The notes below the pieces were generated by a model. It saw nothing but the letters and a program-made list of their open reading frames with translations. It had not been told where the DNA came from and did not search any database. Made by a program: the position numbers and the translations under genes. A DNA stretch of 62,847 bases, filler included, from a bacterium (GTDB lineage: Bacteria; UBP15; UBA6099; JAJRTR01), in the NCBI GenBank assembly GCA_024278215.1. It is 4 parts of 4 records of this genome, joined end to end, with 100 filler letters (N's around TTAATTAATTAA, not from the genome) between each part and the next. Parts side by side here need not be neighbours in the genome. Positions count along the whole stretch, not along the records: positions 23,013 to 51,388 come from JAJRTR010000177.1; 3 more parts are not named here. One strand, written 5' to 3'. Position 1 is the first letter of the stretch; every line of letters begins with the position of its first letter. This document shows positions 38,479-48,057 of the stretch, piece after piece.

Positions 38479-41400
38479 TCAACTCTTTAAAGTTTTGTTC
38501 AGTAACTTCTTGATATACTGATTCTTATCATCCTTCTGGAAGAGGACATGGCATTTTTCTAAAACCTTCTTTTCTATGCCGTCACTCCACCATGATACCT
38601 GTCGGTAAGGAGTGTTCGATATTATGAAAGAATTCAGTGTTATTTCGGGATCGCTGAGTTGGGTTTCGATTTTCTTGATGTCTTTGTAAAATCGGATTTT
38701 TGGATCGTTAGGTCCTTCTAAATTTCTAATCCCTTTAGGATCGACAAAACTGATGTATTGTTTTCCTTCAACCAGAAGCCAGATAATGAAATCAGGATAG
38801 AAATTACCAGCTTCAAAGAAACCGATACCCCGGCCACGGCTCAGGTTTCTGAGCAAATAAAGTTCCTTGCCCTCGAAATAGTCGGGCTTTCGTTCACAGA
38901 ATTGCTGTAAATCCAGTACAAAGTCCCGTTCGCTTTCAGTTTCAAGGATTACAGGTTTGACCTCAACAAAGTCGCTTTTCACATATACAAGAGGAGTGTA
39001 AAGATGCCTGTTGAAATTGATCGCCCTTAAATTCTGAAATTCAAAATCTGAAAGTTTCCCTGACTCAACAAGTTCTTTCAACTCTCCCAATTTATCCACA
39101 ATATCATCACGTGACTGCTCGATGAGGAAGAGATATTCTTCAATGAAATTGTCATCATCAGGTGTGAGTTCTCGATATTCCAGATGATCACTCTCGAATT
39201 CTTCTTTCCGGAACTTGTAATAACGGTCACAGTATTTTTTCAGAAGCACGAGCGCAACTTCCTGCCAGCGCCTGAACTGATCAAAGGACCTGAATTCCAG
39301 CTGATCGGCGGGAATAAAAAGACGATACCATTCGGGCTCGGAGAGCAGATCATAAATCTTTTCACGTGATAAATTCAAATTGTACCACGCTCGCTCATTT
39401 TTGAACTGCTGCATTTCAAAGTAAATCTCATTTATATCCATGAACGAGATGTGCTTCTGTTCAAGTTTCCCTTCGTTTTTAATTGCTAATTCGACTTTTC
39501 CAGCCCCGGCTCCTGCGGAAAGTGCCTGGAGCTTGGGATACCAGTCAACTACGATGGGATTTTTTGTCAATCTGTCATCCGGCATATCCAGAACAGGCTT
39601 TTCCCCATCTTTTTTGAAGTCTACGCCTTCTTTCAACCGGATAGTCTTCAATTTTTTCTTTCCCAGGTTTTCTATAACCGGAAGAACGAATTCGATTCTA
39701 TCCTCATTCGCAGGGAGCCCCTCGTCCTCAAGGTATTCTTTAAACTGGCGCATATAATCTGCACGGATACCAAAAATGTTCAAGGATTCAAGAATCTCAA
39801 TTTTATCAGGAGGTTTTGCTTCTGGAATTCGGTGGCTTCGCTTCAAGCTAAAATTCATTCCCTTGAGTCTGACCCCTCGACCAAAAAGCTGTATTATTTC
39901 AGAGCCTTCCTTTTTCCCAATATTCATAAGGCCCATCGTGCTTACACGCCAGCTATTCCAGCCCTGGGAAAACTTTTTTGACCCAATCAGAATGTTAATG
40001 CTTGATGTGGATTCATTCAGTGTATGAAACAACGAGCCGGAGAATTCTCTATCTGTGACATTTAGTTCATTCTGCTCATCACACAATTTGCACAAAGCTG
40101 GGGCATCACCGACGTTTATCAATCCGAACGGCTCGTTCTCACCGAGCCGGAGCGCAATTTCCCCTTCGGAACCTTTTAAATGCTCGACATGGATTGCCGC
40201 CGTTGAAGATGAATTAAACAGAACCCTCAAAATGTCCTCATATACTTGATCTCCGGATAGTCCAAGTTTATAGAGGTAAGTAAACGCGCCACTGAAAAGT
40301 TCATTTCCTTTTGCATCAAGTAATCCGGATTGCCCTTTTAGAAAATGTTCAAGGTGTGAAACTGTAACCGCCCGATTTTTCACAAAGTCTGCCATGAACA
40401 GCAGAATATCGACGACGTCCGATACCTTCCTGCGGTTCTGAGTTCTTACCGCATTTACACTGCCACCGACAAAAATCCACAGCGGTCTCTCAATCAGGTA
40501 GGGCCGGAATTCTTTCTGCCGTTCCGAGTACAATTTCTGTTGCTGGTAATATGCAAGAAGACAGGCCGTCAGATATCGCTGTCGAATCTCTTCGTCAGAG
40601 TCATCGGCAAGATTGAGAATTCTATAATCTTTGCCATAACCGTCAGAATAAAAATACTTGTATGAATAATCAAATAAGACACATTTCGTATATGTCTGTT
40701 CGAGTTCCTTACTTCCACTGGCCTTCATAGCCTGGCCGAATGTCGCGGAGTATTCGAACGAAAAACCGTCTTCACACAGCTGGTTGCGCTTTGTGATCCA
40801 TACACCTATCTTCTTGCCGCTTGTTCCACGGTGTCCCTCGTCAACAAGAACCAGGTTGTTTCCTTCGAAAGACTCTACGGCGACGGTTTTTTCTCCCATC
40901 TCATCGCGGAGTTTTGTGATTTCAATAATCTCCACCGATCCACTGGAGAACAGCCCGCGACTGTCTTTGGAGAATATTTCCGCTCGTATGCCGGAAAGCT
41001 TAAATTCCTCCAAATGCTGTTGAGAAAGCCCCTCATTCGGCGTAAGCAGAATTATTCGATTCAGTTCATTTTCCCGGTTATTCTTTTCGAGATAATGCTT
41101 GTACTGGAGTATATTGATATGCGTTATGAGCGTTTTTCCAGACCCTGTAGCGTTCCAGTAGGCAATTTTGTTCAAATCCTTCAACTCATACGGTTTGATC
41201 TGATCTCGTTCCTGTTTCCATTCATTGAATGTCTGAACGTGCTGATTCAGACTCTCAAGCAGTTTTTCCGGATCGCGAAAATACCGGTCAAGATAAATCT
41301 CTGTGAAAAGAAGCGATAGATACTGAAAATATTTTGGGTGCAGGATATGCCCCTGAAGGTTCCGCTTCTCTGTTATTCTCTTCCAGTATCGGACAATGTT

Positions 41401-41649
41401 TTGATCATACTCAAGAAGCAGGTCGGGAGGCAATTCCGGATGCTCGAAAAGCTGCGCCCGGAGGACATAATGAAACTTCGAGATATTGTCCTCATCAAAG
41501 CCTTCAAGCTCCGGCGTTTTCAGGTTCACCGTCAGTGCATCGAAGCTCGCAACCTCAAACAGGCTGAGCAGCCACTGGTTCAGAACCAGTTTCTCATGAA
41601 ATTTAAGTGGTTTTTCCAGTTTCTTATTTTTCAATTTCGATTTTCCCAT
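38479..41649 (-). CDS. Type III restriction endonuclease Res subunit
   Basis: NATGSGKT Walker A, DEGH, SATF, GWN, Q.FGRGVRL; C-terminal FYPDF..FVDPKG PD-(D/E)xK nuclease. Confidence 0.88.
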   Translation of the reverse strand: MGKSKLKNKKLEKPLKFHEKLVLNQWLLSLFEVASFDALTVNLKTPELEGFDEDNISKFHYVLRAQLFEHPELPPDLLLEYDQNIVRYWKRITEKRNLQGHILHPKYFQYLSLLFTEIYLDRYFRDPEKLLESLNQHVQTFNEWKQERDQIKPYELKDLNKIAYWNATGSGKTLITHINILQYKHYLEKNNRENELNRIILLTPNEGLSQQHLEEFKLSGIRAEIFSKDSRGLFSSGSVEIIEITKLRDEMGEKTVAVESFEGNNLVLVDEGHRGTSGKKIGVWITKRNQLCEDGFSFEYSATFGQAMKASGSKELEQTYTKCVLFDYSYKYFYSDGYGKDYRILNLADDSDEEIRQRYLTACLLAYYQQQKLYSERQKEFRPYLIERPLWIFVGGSVNAVRTQNRRKVSDVVDILLFMADFVKNRAVTVSHLEHFLKGQSGLLDAKGNELFSGAFTYLYKLGLSGDQVYEDILRVLFNSSSTAAIHVEHLKGSEGEIALRLGENEPFGLINVGDAPALCKLCDEQNELNVTDREFSGSLFHTLNESTSSINILIGSKKFSQGWNSWRVSTMGLMNIGKKEGSEIIQLFGRGVRLKGMNFSLKRSHRIPEAKPPDKIEILESLNIFGIRADYMRQFKEYLEDEGLPANEDRIEFVLPVIENLGKKKLKTIRLKEGVDFKKDGEKPVLDMPDDRLTKNPIVVDWYPKLQALSAGAGAGKVELAIKNEGKLEQKHISFMDINEIYFEMQQFKNERAWYNLNLSREKIYDLLSEPEWYRLFIPADQLEFRSFDQFRRWQEVALVLLKKYCDRYYKFRKEEFESDHLEYRELTPDDDNFIEEYLFLIEQSRDDIVDKLGELKELVESGKLSDFEFQNLRAINFNRHLYTPLVYVKSDFVEVKPVILETESERDFVLDLQQFCERKPDYFEGKELYLLRNLSRGRGIGFFEAGNFYPDFIIWLLVEGKQYISFVDPKGIRNLEGPNDPKIRFYKDIKKIETQLSDPEITLNSFIISNTPYRQVSWWSDGIEKKVLEKCHVLFQKDDKNQYIKKLLNKTLKS

Positions 41650-41651
41650 AA

Positions 41652-42338
41652 TCAACCTGTCGCTTCGATTCGTTCCAGCCACTCCCCGAAATGGCGACAC
41701 TTAGTTCTCATTCTTTCCAGACCGATATCCATTGCAATCAGATTGCCATAAATGTCCTTGTTATAATCAGGAATTACCTTTGATATTCTTCGGTTAGGGC
41801 ATGTATCGCGATTGTCGTTTATTTCTTCGGGATTCCTGAAGTGATTCAAAACACCCACAAGCTCCTGTAAAGCTTTTTGATAGCCCTCAGCGCTTTCATC
41901 CATTGTGGTCTTTACAATTTGTTCCGGCGAAGAAAAAAGAAGCGATTCAAATTCATGAAGCATCAAATATGGATAAAAACGTTGATTATCTATGTCGGTT
42001 TGCAAATGTGTTTCTAAATGTTCTATTCTGTCGTATCGCGATACTGTTTCAAGATTATCAATGGTGTCCATTCCCGGGAAACGTCTATCAAGCGCATAAT
42101 AATCGAACATGGTAGTAACCATACTGGATTCTGAGTCATTCAGGAGTTCGAGAATCTGCTTTCTCACACGTGGATAAGGTAATATGCCGCCTTTGCAATC
42201 AGGTCCGTTCAGAACCCTCTTTGATTTTAAAATCACAGGAATCATGAAAATATCAAAACTAAGGAGGTGAGGCCGAATAATATTCTTCACAAACAATTCT
42301 TCAGTTTGCCCCTCGACAAGAATCAGTATCTTATTCAT
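41652..42338 (-). CDS. DUF4276 family (TOPRIM-like) protein
   Basis: ILVEGQTE, TTMFDYY, PY..LHEFESLLFS, PEEIND, C.HF.EWL. Confidence 0.8.
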   Translation of the reverse strand: MNKILILVEGQTEELFVKNIIRPHLLSFDIFMIPVILKSKRVLNGPDCKGGILPYPRVRKQILELLNDSESSMVTTMFDYYALDRRFPGMDTIDNLETVSRYDRIEHLETHLQTDIDNQRFYPYLMLHEFESLLFSSPEQIVKTTMDESAEGYQKALQELVGVLNHFRNPEEINDNRDTCPNRRISKVIPDYNKDIYGNLIAMDIGLERMRTKCRHFGEWLERIEATG

Positions 42339-42339
42339 T

Positions 42340-43455
42340 TCACGGCCTCCCCCCGATAATATTCTTCTCCCATATTTCGCCCATCGAATAGTTTTCTCTC
42401 CATCCGGCTAATTCATCAGCCACAAGTCGCCTGAACGTCGATTCTCTACCTTCTCTTTCAACCACGATAATATGTTCCGGTTCGAAGTGATCAATAAAAG
42501 CAGAAGATTGTGTGGCCAGAATGACCTGGCAGTGATTGGAAACACTTTTAATCATTCCGGAGAGAATCGTAATCGCTGATGGATGCAATCCCAGCTCGGG
42601 TTCATCAATTATCATAACAGAAGGAAGCTTTTCTTCAGGTTGCAGCAAGAGTGTTATCAGTGCCATCGTTCGCAACGTCCCGTCGGAAGCCTGGCCCGCT
42701 ACGAAGTTCATATCGGAACCTGTTTCGTTCCATCTCAAAAGAACGCTGTTACTGTCCGGTTCCAAAATAAAATCCTCGAAAAACGGGGCTATCATTTTCA
42801 AGGTTCTTACAATAAGCCTGTAATTCCTGGGATGGTTTTCTCTTATCCAGAGAAGATACGGCGCCAGATTGGCCCCGTCTCCCCTGAGATACATATTCTC
42901 ATTCACGTTCCAGTGCTGCTTGATTTTCGCTTCATCCGAGGTGTCGTGAAACTGGAATGCAGCACATTGTTTAAGTAATGAATAAATATAGCTGGCGGTT
43001 TTAGCGGTTTGACTGTCACTTCTTGCTTCCTCGATAAGCATGGATTCCTTATGCCCGGAACCGAGAGAAATAAACTCCGTGACCGGATAACCGGTTTTTG
43101 TAAAATTGTATCCCTCATCCATAAAGACAAATTTGTCTGCCGCGTCACGCGCAAGTGCCATTTTGTATTCATTCAGCCCCTTCGGCGCTTGAAATTTCAA
43201 ATGCGCTTGCACCTGTGACGTTGTTTTCGGGCCTTCAAACATATGCAGTGCAGCGCCGCCTCCTTTTCCTACAAAACTCTGAAGTCCGCCCGTGCCGCCT
43301 GTCATCCAGTTAAGCAGTTTGAAAAATGATATGAAGTTTGACTTGCCCGCTCCATTCTGGCCGATAAGAATGTTTATGGATCGTAATTCGAAATCATCCA
43401 GCTTCTTAATCGACTTGTAGCCGGAAAGACAAACTCCAGTAAGCTGTTTATACAT
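42340..43455 (-). CDS. AAA_21/ABC-type ATPase
   Basis: GYKSI, GQNGAGKSN Walker A, SDGT signature, IIDEPELGLHP Walker B; GAGGAGG RBS. Confidence 0.88.
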   Translation of the reverse strand: MYKQLTGVCLSGYKSIKKLDDFELRSINILIGQNGAGKSNFISFFKLLNWMTGGTGGLQSFVGKGGGAALHMFEGPKTTSQVQAHLKFQAPKGLNEYKMALARDAADKFVFMDEGYNFTKTGYPVTEFISLGSGHKESMLIEEARSDSQTAKTASYIYSLLKQCAAFQFHDTSDEAKIKQHWNVNENMYLRGDGANLAPYLLWIRENHPRNYRLIVRTLKMIAPFFEDFILEPDSNSVLLRWNETGSDMNFVAGQASDGTLRTMALITLLLQPEEKLPSVMIIDEPELGLHPSAITILSGMIKSVSNHCQVILATQSSAFIDHFEPEHIIVVEREGRESTFRRLVADELAGWRENYSMGEIWEKNIIGGRP

Positions 43456-43486
43456 ATTTATTTCCTCCTCATTCAGTCTTTCTCCC

Positions 43487-46400
43487 TTATATGTCTTCCA
43501 CGTCAAACATTAGTCTCTGGAACTCTGATTCTATTAGTCGTACTTTCCAGGTTTCGTCCTGACGGCGCAGATTTTCCAGGTTGTTGTCGCCGTTTACGTA
43601 TATCAGATCGAATTCCATGTCTTTCGGATTATATTCCTGTTTCCTGAAAAATTTATCCAGGTCTTCGTTCGATTTCTCTTTAAGGTTGCGCCAGATAATG
43701 AGAACTTTCTCGCCGTCCGGATTCGTGCCCTGTACGACACGGAAACCGCGAATGAAGTCGATGTGCTGAACAGTCAAACCGATCAGGTAGTTGAACGTCT
43801 CCACCAGATCAATGGTCTGAAGCTTTGTTTCGCCGACGCTGCCAGTGGAAATCTTCATTTTGTAATTGAACGGGTCTTCGAAAGAATCGATATTCAGCAG
43901 TGATGCGCTACCCGCGCTTTCAACGTCCAGCATGTATGAAAGAATGTAATCTTCACGAACTCCCGGATGCTCTTCAAGCACGAGTTCCTGCTCCTCAGAT
44001 CGCTTCATCTCAAGATTGTTGGTCGCATCTTCATAAGACTCCAATCGAATATATTTGAACATGTGACTGGAACCTTCACGTGATACAGGCTTGCCGCCTT
44101 TCCAATCCTTTGAATATATTGCTTTCATGATTCGGGGTTTTAATACAGTATCGAAATGCTCGCCCATCTCAACGAGAATATATTTCCGATTACCGTCGTC
44201 TTTTCGATTTAGATTAATAACTGCGTGTGCAGTTGTTCCAGAACCTGCAAAGAAATCAACTATCGACGATTCTTTGGTGCAATTTGATGCTCTGAGGCAG
44301 TCTTCAACAAGATGTATACTCTTAGGATACGAGAATATCTCCCTTTCACAAAGCATGCTTTTGACAACGCTTGTTCCGCTCTCAGTTGCTGAGTATTTCG
44401 CATCGTCCCACCAAGTTCCTGGTAGTGCTCCATCTTGATTAGCATAGTACTTCCTATAAATCTGCCATCCATCCCCCACTATCTTCGTTATGAGATTTGA
44501 CGCTGCTTCCTTCTGGGCTCTTTCCCATCCCATGTTCCAAACACGTTCATTTCCTTCAGAATCCATAGGATAAATGATGGTTTCGTCAGGTTTGTGAGGT
44601 GTGATAGGAACCCATTTTCTCTGTGTGTTGGACCATTCCATGGAGGAAATACGAATAACACCATCTTTTGAAATAAATATTGGATAATATAATTTGGGTC
44701 TATCAATTCTTGCTGATCCAGCTCCTGTCTTTCGGAAGTTAATCCACGTAAAAGTTCCTTTCTCATCTGATTCTGGATAACGGGCATTTCTTCTCTCATC
44801 ACGCGGCAATCGACCAACAACAGATCGTTTTGTTTTTGCATAGAAAAGTGCATATTCATGATTTGTTGAAAACCCTGCAGCCATGGCTCGGCCATGTGGA
44901 TTACTACGAACCGGAACAGTAGCGAGATGATTCTCTTCTCCAAATATTTCTGATAGAGATTGTGTGAGTACTGGCAGTTCAAAATCGTCAATCGCTACGC
45001 AAATAATGCCTTCATCTTTCATCATCGGAAGCGCATTATATAGGCGTTCATTTATTAGACTTAGCCATGAAGAATGTCTGTAGTCATTCTTGTATAGAAT
45101 CTGGGTCGCAGCTGTATTAAAAGGGGGATCAATGTAAATGCATTCGATATTGGAATGGTGCTTATCCTGAAGTAACCTAAGCGCTTGTGAGTTCTCACTT
45201 CTAACGAGTAAGCCATTACATTTCTTGCTAACATCATAAACAGATGCCAGAAACATATTTATGAACTTCGTATTGAAAATTTTTGTATCTAAAACCAAAT
45301 ATTTGTTTTCCTTCAAAAATTTGATAGTTAGTGGCTCCGAAAATCCTTCGGTCGCAAGATCACCCTTAATCTCATCAATAGCAAAAAGCCTTACCCATTC
45401 TTCGCGTTGAGCGTCGTTTGCAGCGATCTCAGGGTACAGTTCCTCCGGCACTCGGTCGAGGGTAACGCAGTAGTTTGTTTCGACTACGAATTTCTTTTTC
45501 AGCCATAGTTTTTTCTGGAAGTTTTCAAGGCTTTCGAGAAAGGTGATTATTTTGTGTGCGATTTTTCGTATGACTTTAATTTTGCTGAGATACTGCTCGA
45601 CGCGGGGAGCAGTTTCGTGCTCGATGTCGTCGAGGTGCATGATCTCATTTTTAATGAAGAAATCGAGCTCTCTTCTCAAGAAGCCGCCAAGGTCTTTGTG
45701 GATGAAATAATCGAATTCATTGCGTGCCGTGTAGTCCGTAAGATACTTTTCGAGAACCGTTCGATCCGGGTTTTTCTCTGTTGGCATTTTATCTGAAAGG
45801 AACGTGCTCCATTCGGAGAAGCCCTGAGTGGAGAGTATGGTTTCAACCGCTTTTTCGTTCAGATTCTTCTGTTTTCGTTTTTCATCATCCGGTCTGTATT
45901 CGAAGCGGATATATAGTTCATCATTTTCTTCATATAGCGGATCATCTTCACAAAGAATGAAGCGCCGGTCGTTACCGTTCGAAGCTTTCATATTATCTTT
46001 TTCCGTGTCGGCCTCGATGAGCTTGAAATGCACACGTTTGCCGTTGGAAAGCTTGAAAGTGTAATCCCTGAAGTATTCAGACGTTTTGATGTAATACTGG
46101 TCTTTATTTGCCCAGTGCAGCATTACTTCCTCGCCGCTGTAGGGTATGGAGTATACCCCTTCCTTATAGCGTCGGAGAGAAAGAAAGTCGCCGCCGTGAT
46201 AATAACGCCTGAAAAAGTTGTATAGATCGGAATAAACTTCGTTTTCCAGTTTTGTAATATCGAAAGCCCCGGCCATTTTCGCCCTGAGTTTTTTTACCTT
46301 GTCAGTATCTTCAGGATCAACACCGCCCAGGCTTTTCGCCTGCTCGATGGCTTCATTCAGTTCCTGTTTAATGAGTGACAAATCCGAATCCTGGTATTCC

Positions 46401-46564
46401 TCGAATGCGGCCTTAACCTGAGGAAGGAGGTCGTTGTCCAGAAAGCGAGTAATATCATCACGCTTTTGGTTCATAATTCTATATATGCCAAAATCGAGAT
46501 CGGCCTGATCGAGCATAAAAAGCTCGGAGATCAGGCGTTTCAATTTTTCAAGTTTTTCAGACAT
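43487..46564 (-). CDS. Type III RM DNA methyltransferase Mod (amino-MTase, likely m6A)
   Basis: IYIDPPFN, YPKS, DFFAGSGTT motifs in beta order; ADLDFGIYRIMN N-terminus. Confidence 0.9.
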   Translation of the reverse strand: MSEKLEKLKRLISELFMLDQADLDFGIYRIMNQKRDDITRFLDNDLLPQVKAAFEEYQDSDLSLIKQELNEAIEQAKSLGGVDPEDTDKVKKLRAKMAGAFDITKLENEVYSDLYNFFRRYYHGGDFLSLRRYKEGVYSIPYSGEEVMLHWANKDQYYIKTSEYFRDYTFKLSNGKRVHFKLIEADTEKDNMKASNGNDRRFILCEDDPLYEENDELYIRFEYRPDDEKRKQKNLNEKAVETILSTQGFSEWSTFLSDKMPTEKNPDRTVLEKYLTDYTARNEFDYFIHKDLGGFLRRELDFFIKNEIMHLDDIEHETAPRVEQYLSKIKVIRKIAHKIITFLESLENFQKKLWLKKKFVVETNYCVTLDRVPEELYPEIAANDAQREEWVRLFAIDEIKGDLATEGFSEPLTIKFLKENKYLVLDTKIFNTKFINMFLASVYDVSKKCNGLLVRSENSQALRLLQDKHHSNIECIYIDPPFNTAATQILYKNDYRHSSWLSLINERLYNALPMMKDEGIICVAIDDFELPVLTQSLSEIFGEENHLATVPVRSNPHGRAMAAGFSTNHEYALFYAKTKRSVVGRLPRDERRNARYPESDEKGTFTWINFRKTGAGSARIDRPKLYYPIFISKDGVIRISSMEWSNTQRKWVPITPHKPDETIIYPMDSEGNERVWNMGWERAQKEAASNLITKIVGDGWQIYRKYYANQDGALPGTWWDDAKYSATESGTSVVKSMLCEREIFSYPKSIHLVEDCLRASNCTKESSIVDFFAGSGTTAHAVINLNRKDDGNRKYILVEMGEHFDTVLKPRIMKAIYSKDWKGGKPVSREGSSHMFKYIRLESYEDATNNLEMKRSEEQELVLEEHPGVREDYILSYMLDVESAGSASLLNIDSFEDPFNYKMKISTGSVGETKLQTIDLVETFNYLIGLTVQHIDFIRGFRVVQGTNPDGEKVLIIWRNLKEKSNEDLDKFFRKQEYNPKDMEFDLIYVNGDNNLENLRRQDETWKVRLIESEFQRLMFDVEDI

Positions 46565-46567
46565 TAT

Positions 46568-47680
46568 TCAGCCCTCGTTCTCTTCGCTTTCTTTAAGTAC
46601 GAATTTGATTTTCAGATCATTATGCCAATTGAAAGGGATACGTTTTTCATGTTGCAGACGTCCGACAATGATTCCGGGTGCGATCCCCAGATCAGAGGAA
46701 AAACTGCGGATGTCGTCTTTATAGAATCTTTTTCTTTTTAAGAAGCGGTTGTATTCCTTTTCGGGAACAAGCGTGTTGGCGGCAAAACGGTTTGCCTCTT
46801 CTTCATCTTCGCTGCTTGCGTTTCCGGGATTGTGTTCATCGAGGAAAAGCTGTTTCTTGCCGTGGAGCAGAATGTGGGCGGATTCATGGAAGAAACTGAA
46901 CCAGAAATGGTCGTCTGACTTATGCCGAAGAGAAAGCATGATTAAGGCTTTATCTTTATGTAACCAGCGTGTTGCGCCGCTTAAATGAGTGCCGGGCAAT
47001 TCAGAAACGAAAACGAGCGCAACACCGGAATCGGCGCATAGCTTTTTCATTGCAGGATCGAAAGCGGAAGGTGGTTGATTGGTGAGAGAACGTATCTTTT
47101 TCAGGGCGGAGACAAATTTATCTCTATTGTAGGGAGCTGTTTCTATCGACTGAGAAATGATGTCACCGATTTTCAGCCATGCCGCTACCGATTCGGGAGC
47201 ACTGTCGAAAGAAGGAGATTCCCTGAACAGAATCCCCATTTCCTTAAATTGTGAATCCCATGCGGTGAGAGAACCGACCGCGAAAAAATCCAGTAGCTTA
47301 TTAACGGCATCAACATTATTTTCCGGCTTCTCGATGAAGCCTCTTTTTACGAGTTCCTTGACCGGGAATCGTTTTGTCCAGGCAATTCTCCTTTGCATTC
47401 TTTCTTCTGTAGCCTGTTTTGCCATGAACAATCTGTAAGAGGCGTCGAGATTGTTCCATACGACAGCTGAAACACCCAGAACGTGCTCCAATTTAATAGC
47501 CGTTTCCGGCTCGATGGGAGCTTTCCCGTTTATTATCTGGCTCACGGTTTTCACGGAAAGTCCGCAACGATCAGCAAGGTCTCTTTTTTTGATTTTTCTT
47601 GCCTCAAGAGATTCTTTAAGAATCTCCCCGGGATGAACCGCATAATCCGGTGTGAATTGATATGAGGATTGTTTAGCCAT
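46568..47680 (-). CDS. HigA-type XRE HTH antitoxin fused to an ImmA/IrrE metallopeptidase domain
   Basis: HPGEIL HTH start; FWFSFFHESAH (HExxH); EEEANRFAA. Confidence 0.85.
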   Translation of the reverse strand: MAKQSSYQFTPDYAVHPGEILKESLEARKIKKRDLADRCGLSVKTVSQIINGKAPIEPETAIKLEHVLGVSAVVWNNLDASYRLFMAKQATEERMQRRIAWTKRFPVKELVKRGFIEKPENNVDAVNKLLDFFAVGSLTAWDSQFKEMGILFRESPSFDSAPESVAAWLKIGDIISQSIETAPYNRDKFVSALKKIRSLTNQPPSAFDPAMKKLCADSGVALVFVSELPGTHLSGATRWLHKDKALIMLSLRHKSDDHFWFSFFHESAHILLHGKKQLFLDEHNPGNASSEDEEEANRFAANTLVPEKEYNRFLKRKRFYKDDIRSFSSDLGIAPGIIVGRLQHEKRIPFNWHNDLKIKFVLKESEENEG

Positions 47681-48015
47681 TAGTGGTAATCCTCCACTTT
47701 CAAGATAGTGATTGCCGTGATTTGTGACAGATCGTCTCCAGCGTCCGGCTTTTTCGGAACGGGATCGTGATCTGGAATAAAAACAAGCCGGAAGGGATGT
47801 TTAAGGTAAACGGCATACTGTCCTTTTCTATTCCCTTTCAATTCGTGTCTCTTCTCAGGAGGAAGATGAGTCACATCCTCCAGCGTAGGCGCCGCCTGCA
47901 GGACAGCCATTCGGTTCATTATTGTTTTTGCCATTTTTCCGCCATAGGCAGTATGTAAACCGGCACTTGAGCTAAAGGTCTTGCACAACTTTTTGTTTTT
48001 AAACCCAATATTCAT
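47680..48015 (-). CDS. HigB/RelE-like toxin (killer protein)
   Basis: RHELKGNRKGQYAV.LKHPFRLVF.P..VEDYH; TAATG coupling to the antitoxin. Confidence 0.82.
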   Translation of the reverse strand: MNIGFKNKKLCKTFSSSAGLHTAYGGKMAKTIMNRMAVLQAAPTLEDVTHLPPEKRHELKGNRKGQYAVYLKHPFRLVFIPDHDPVPKKPDAGDDLSQITAITILKVEDYH

Positions 48016-48057
48016 AGTAACAGAAAAACCTTTACCTGACAAGTAAAGTAAAAAGTA

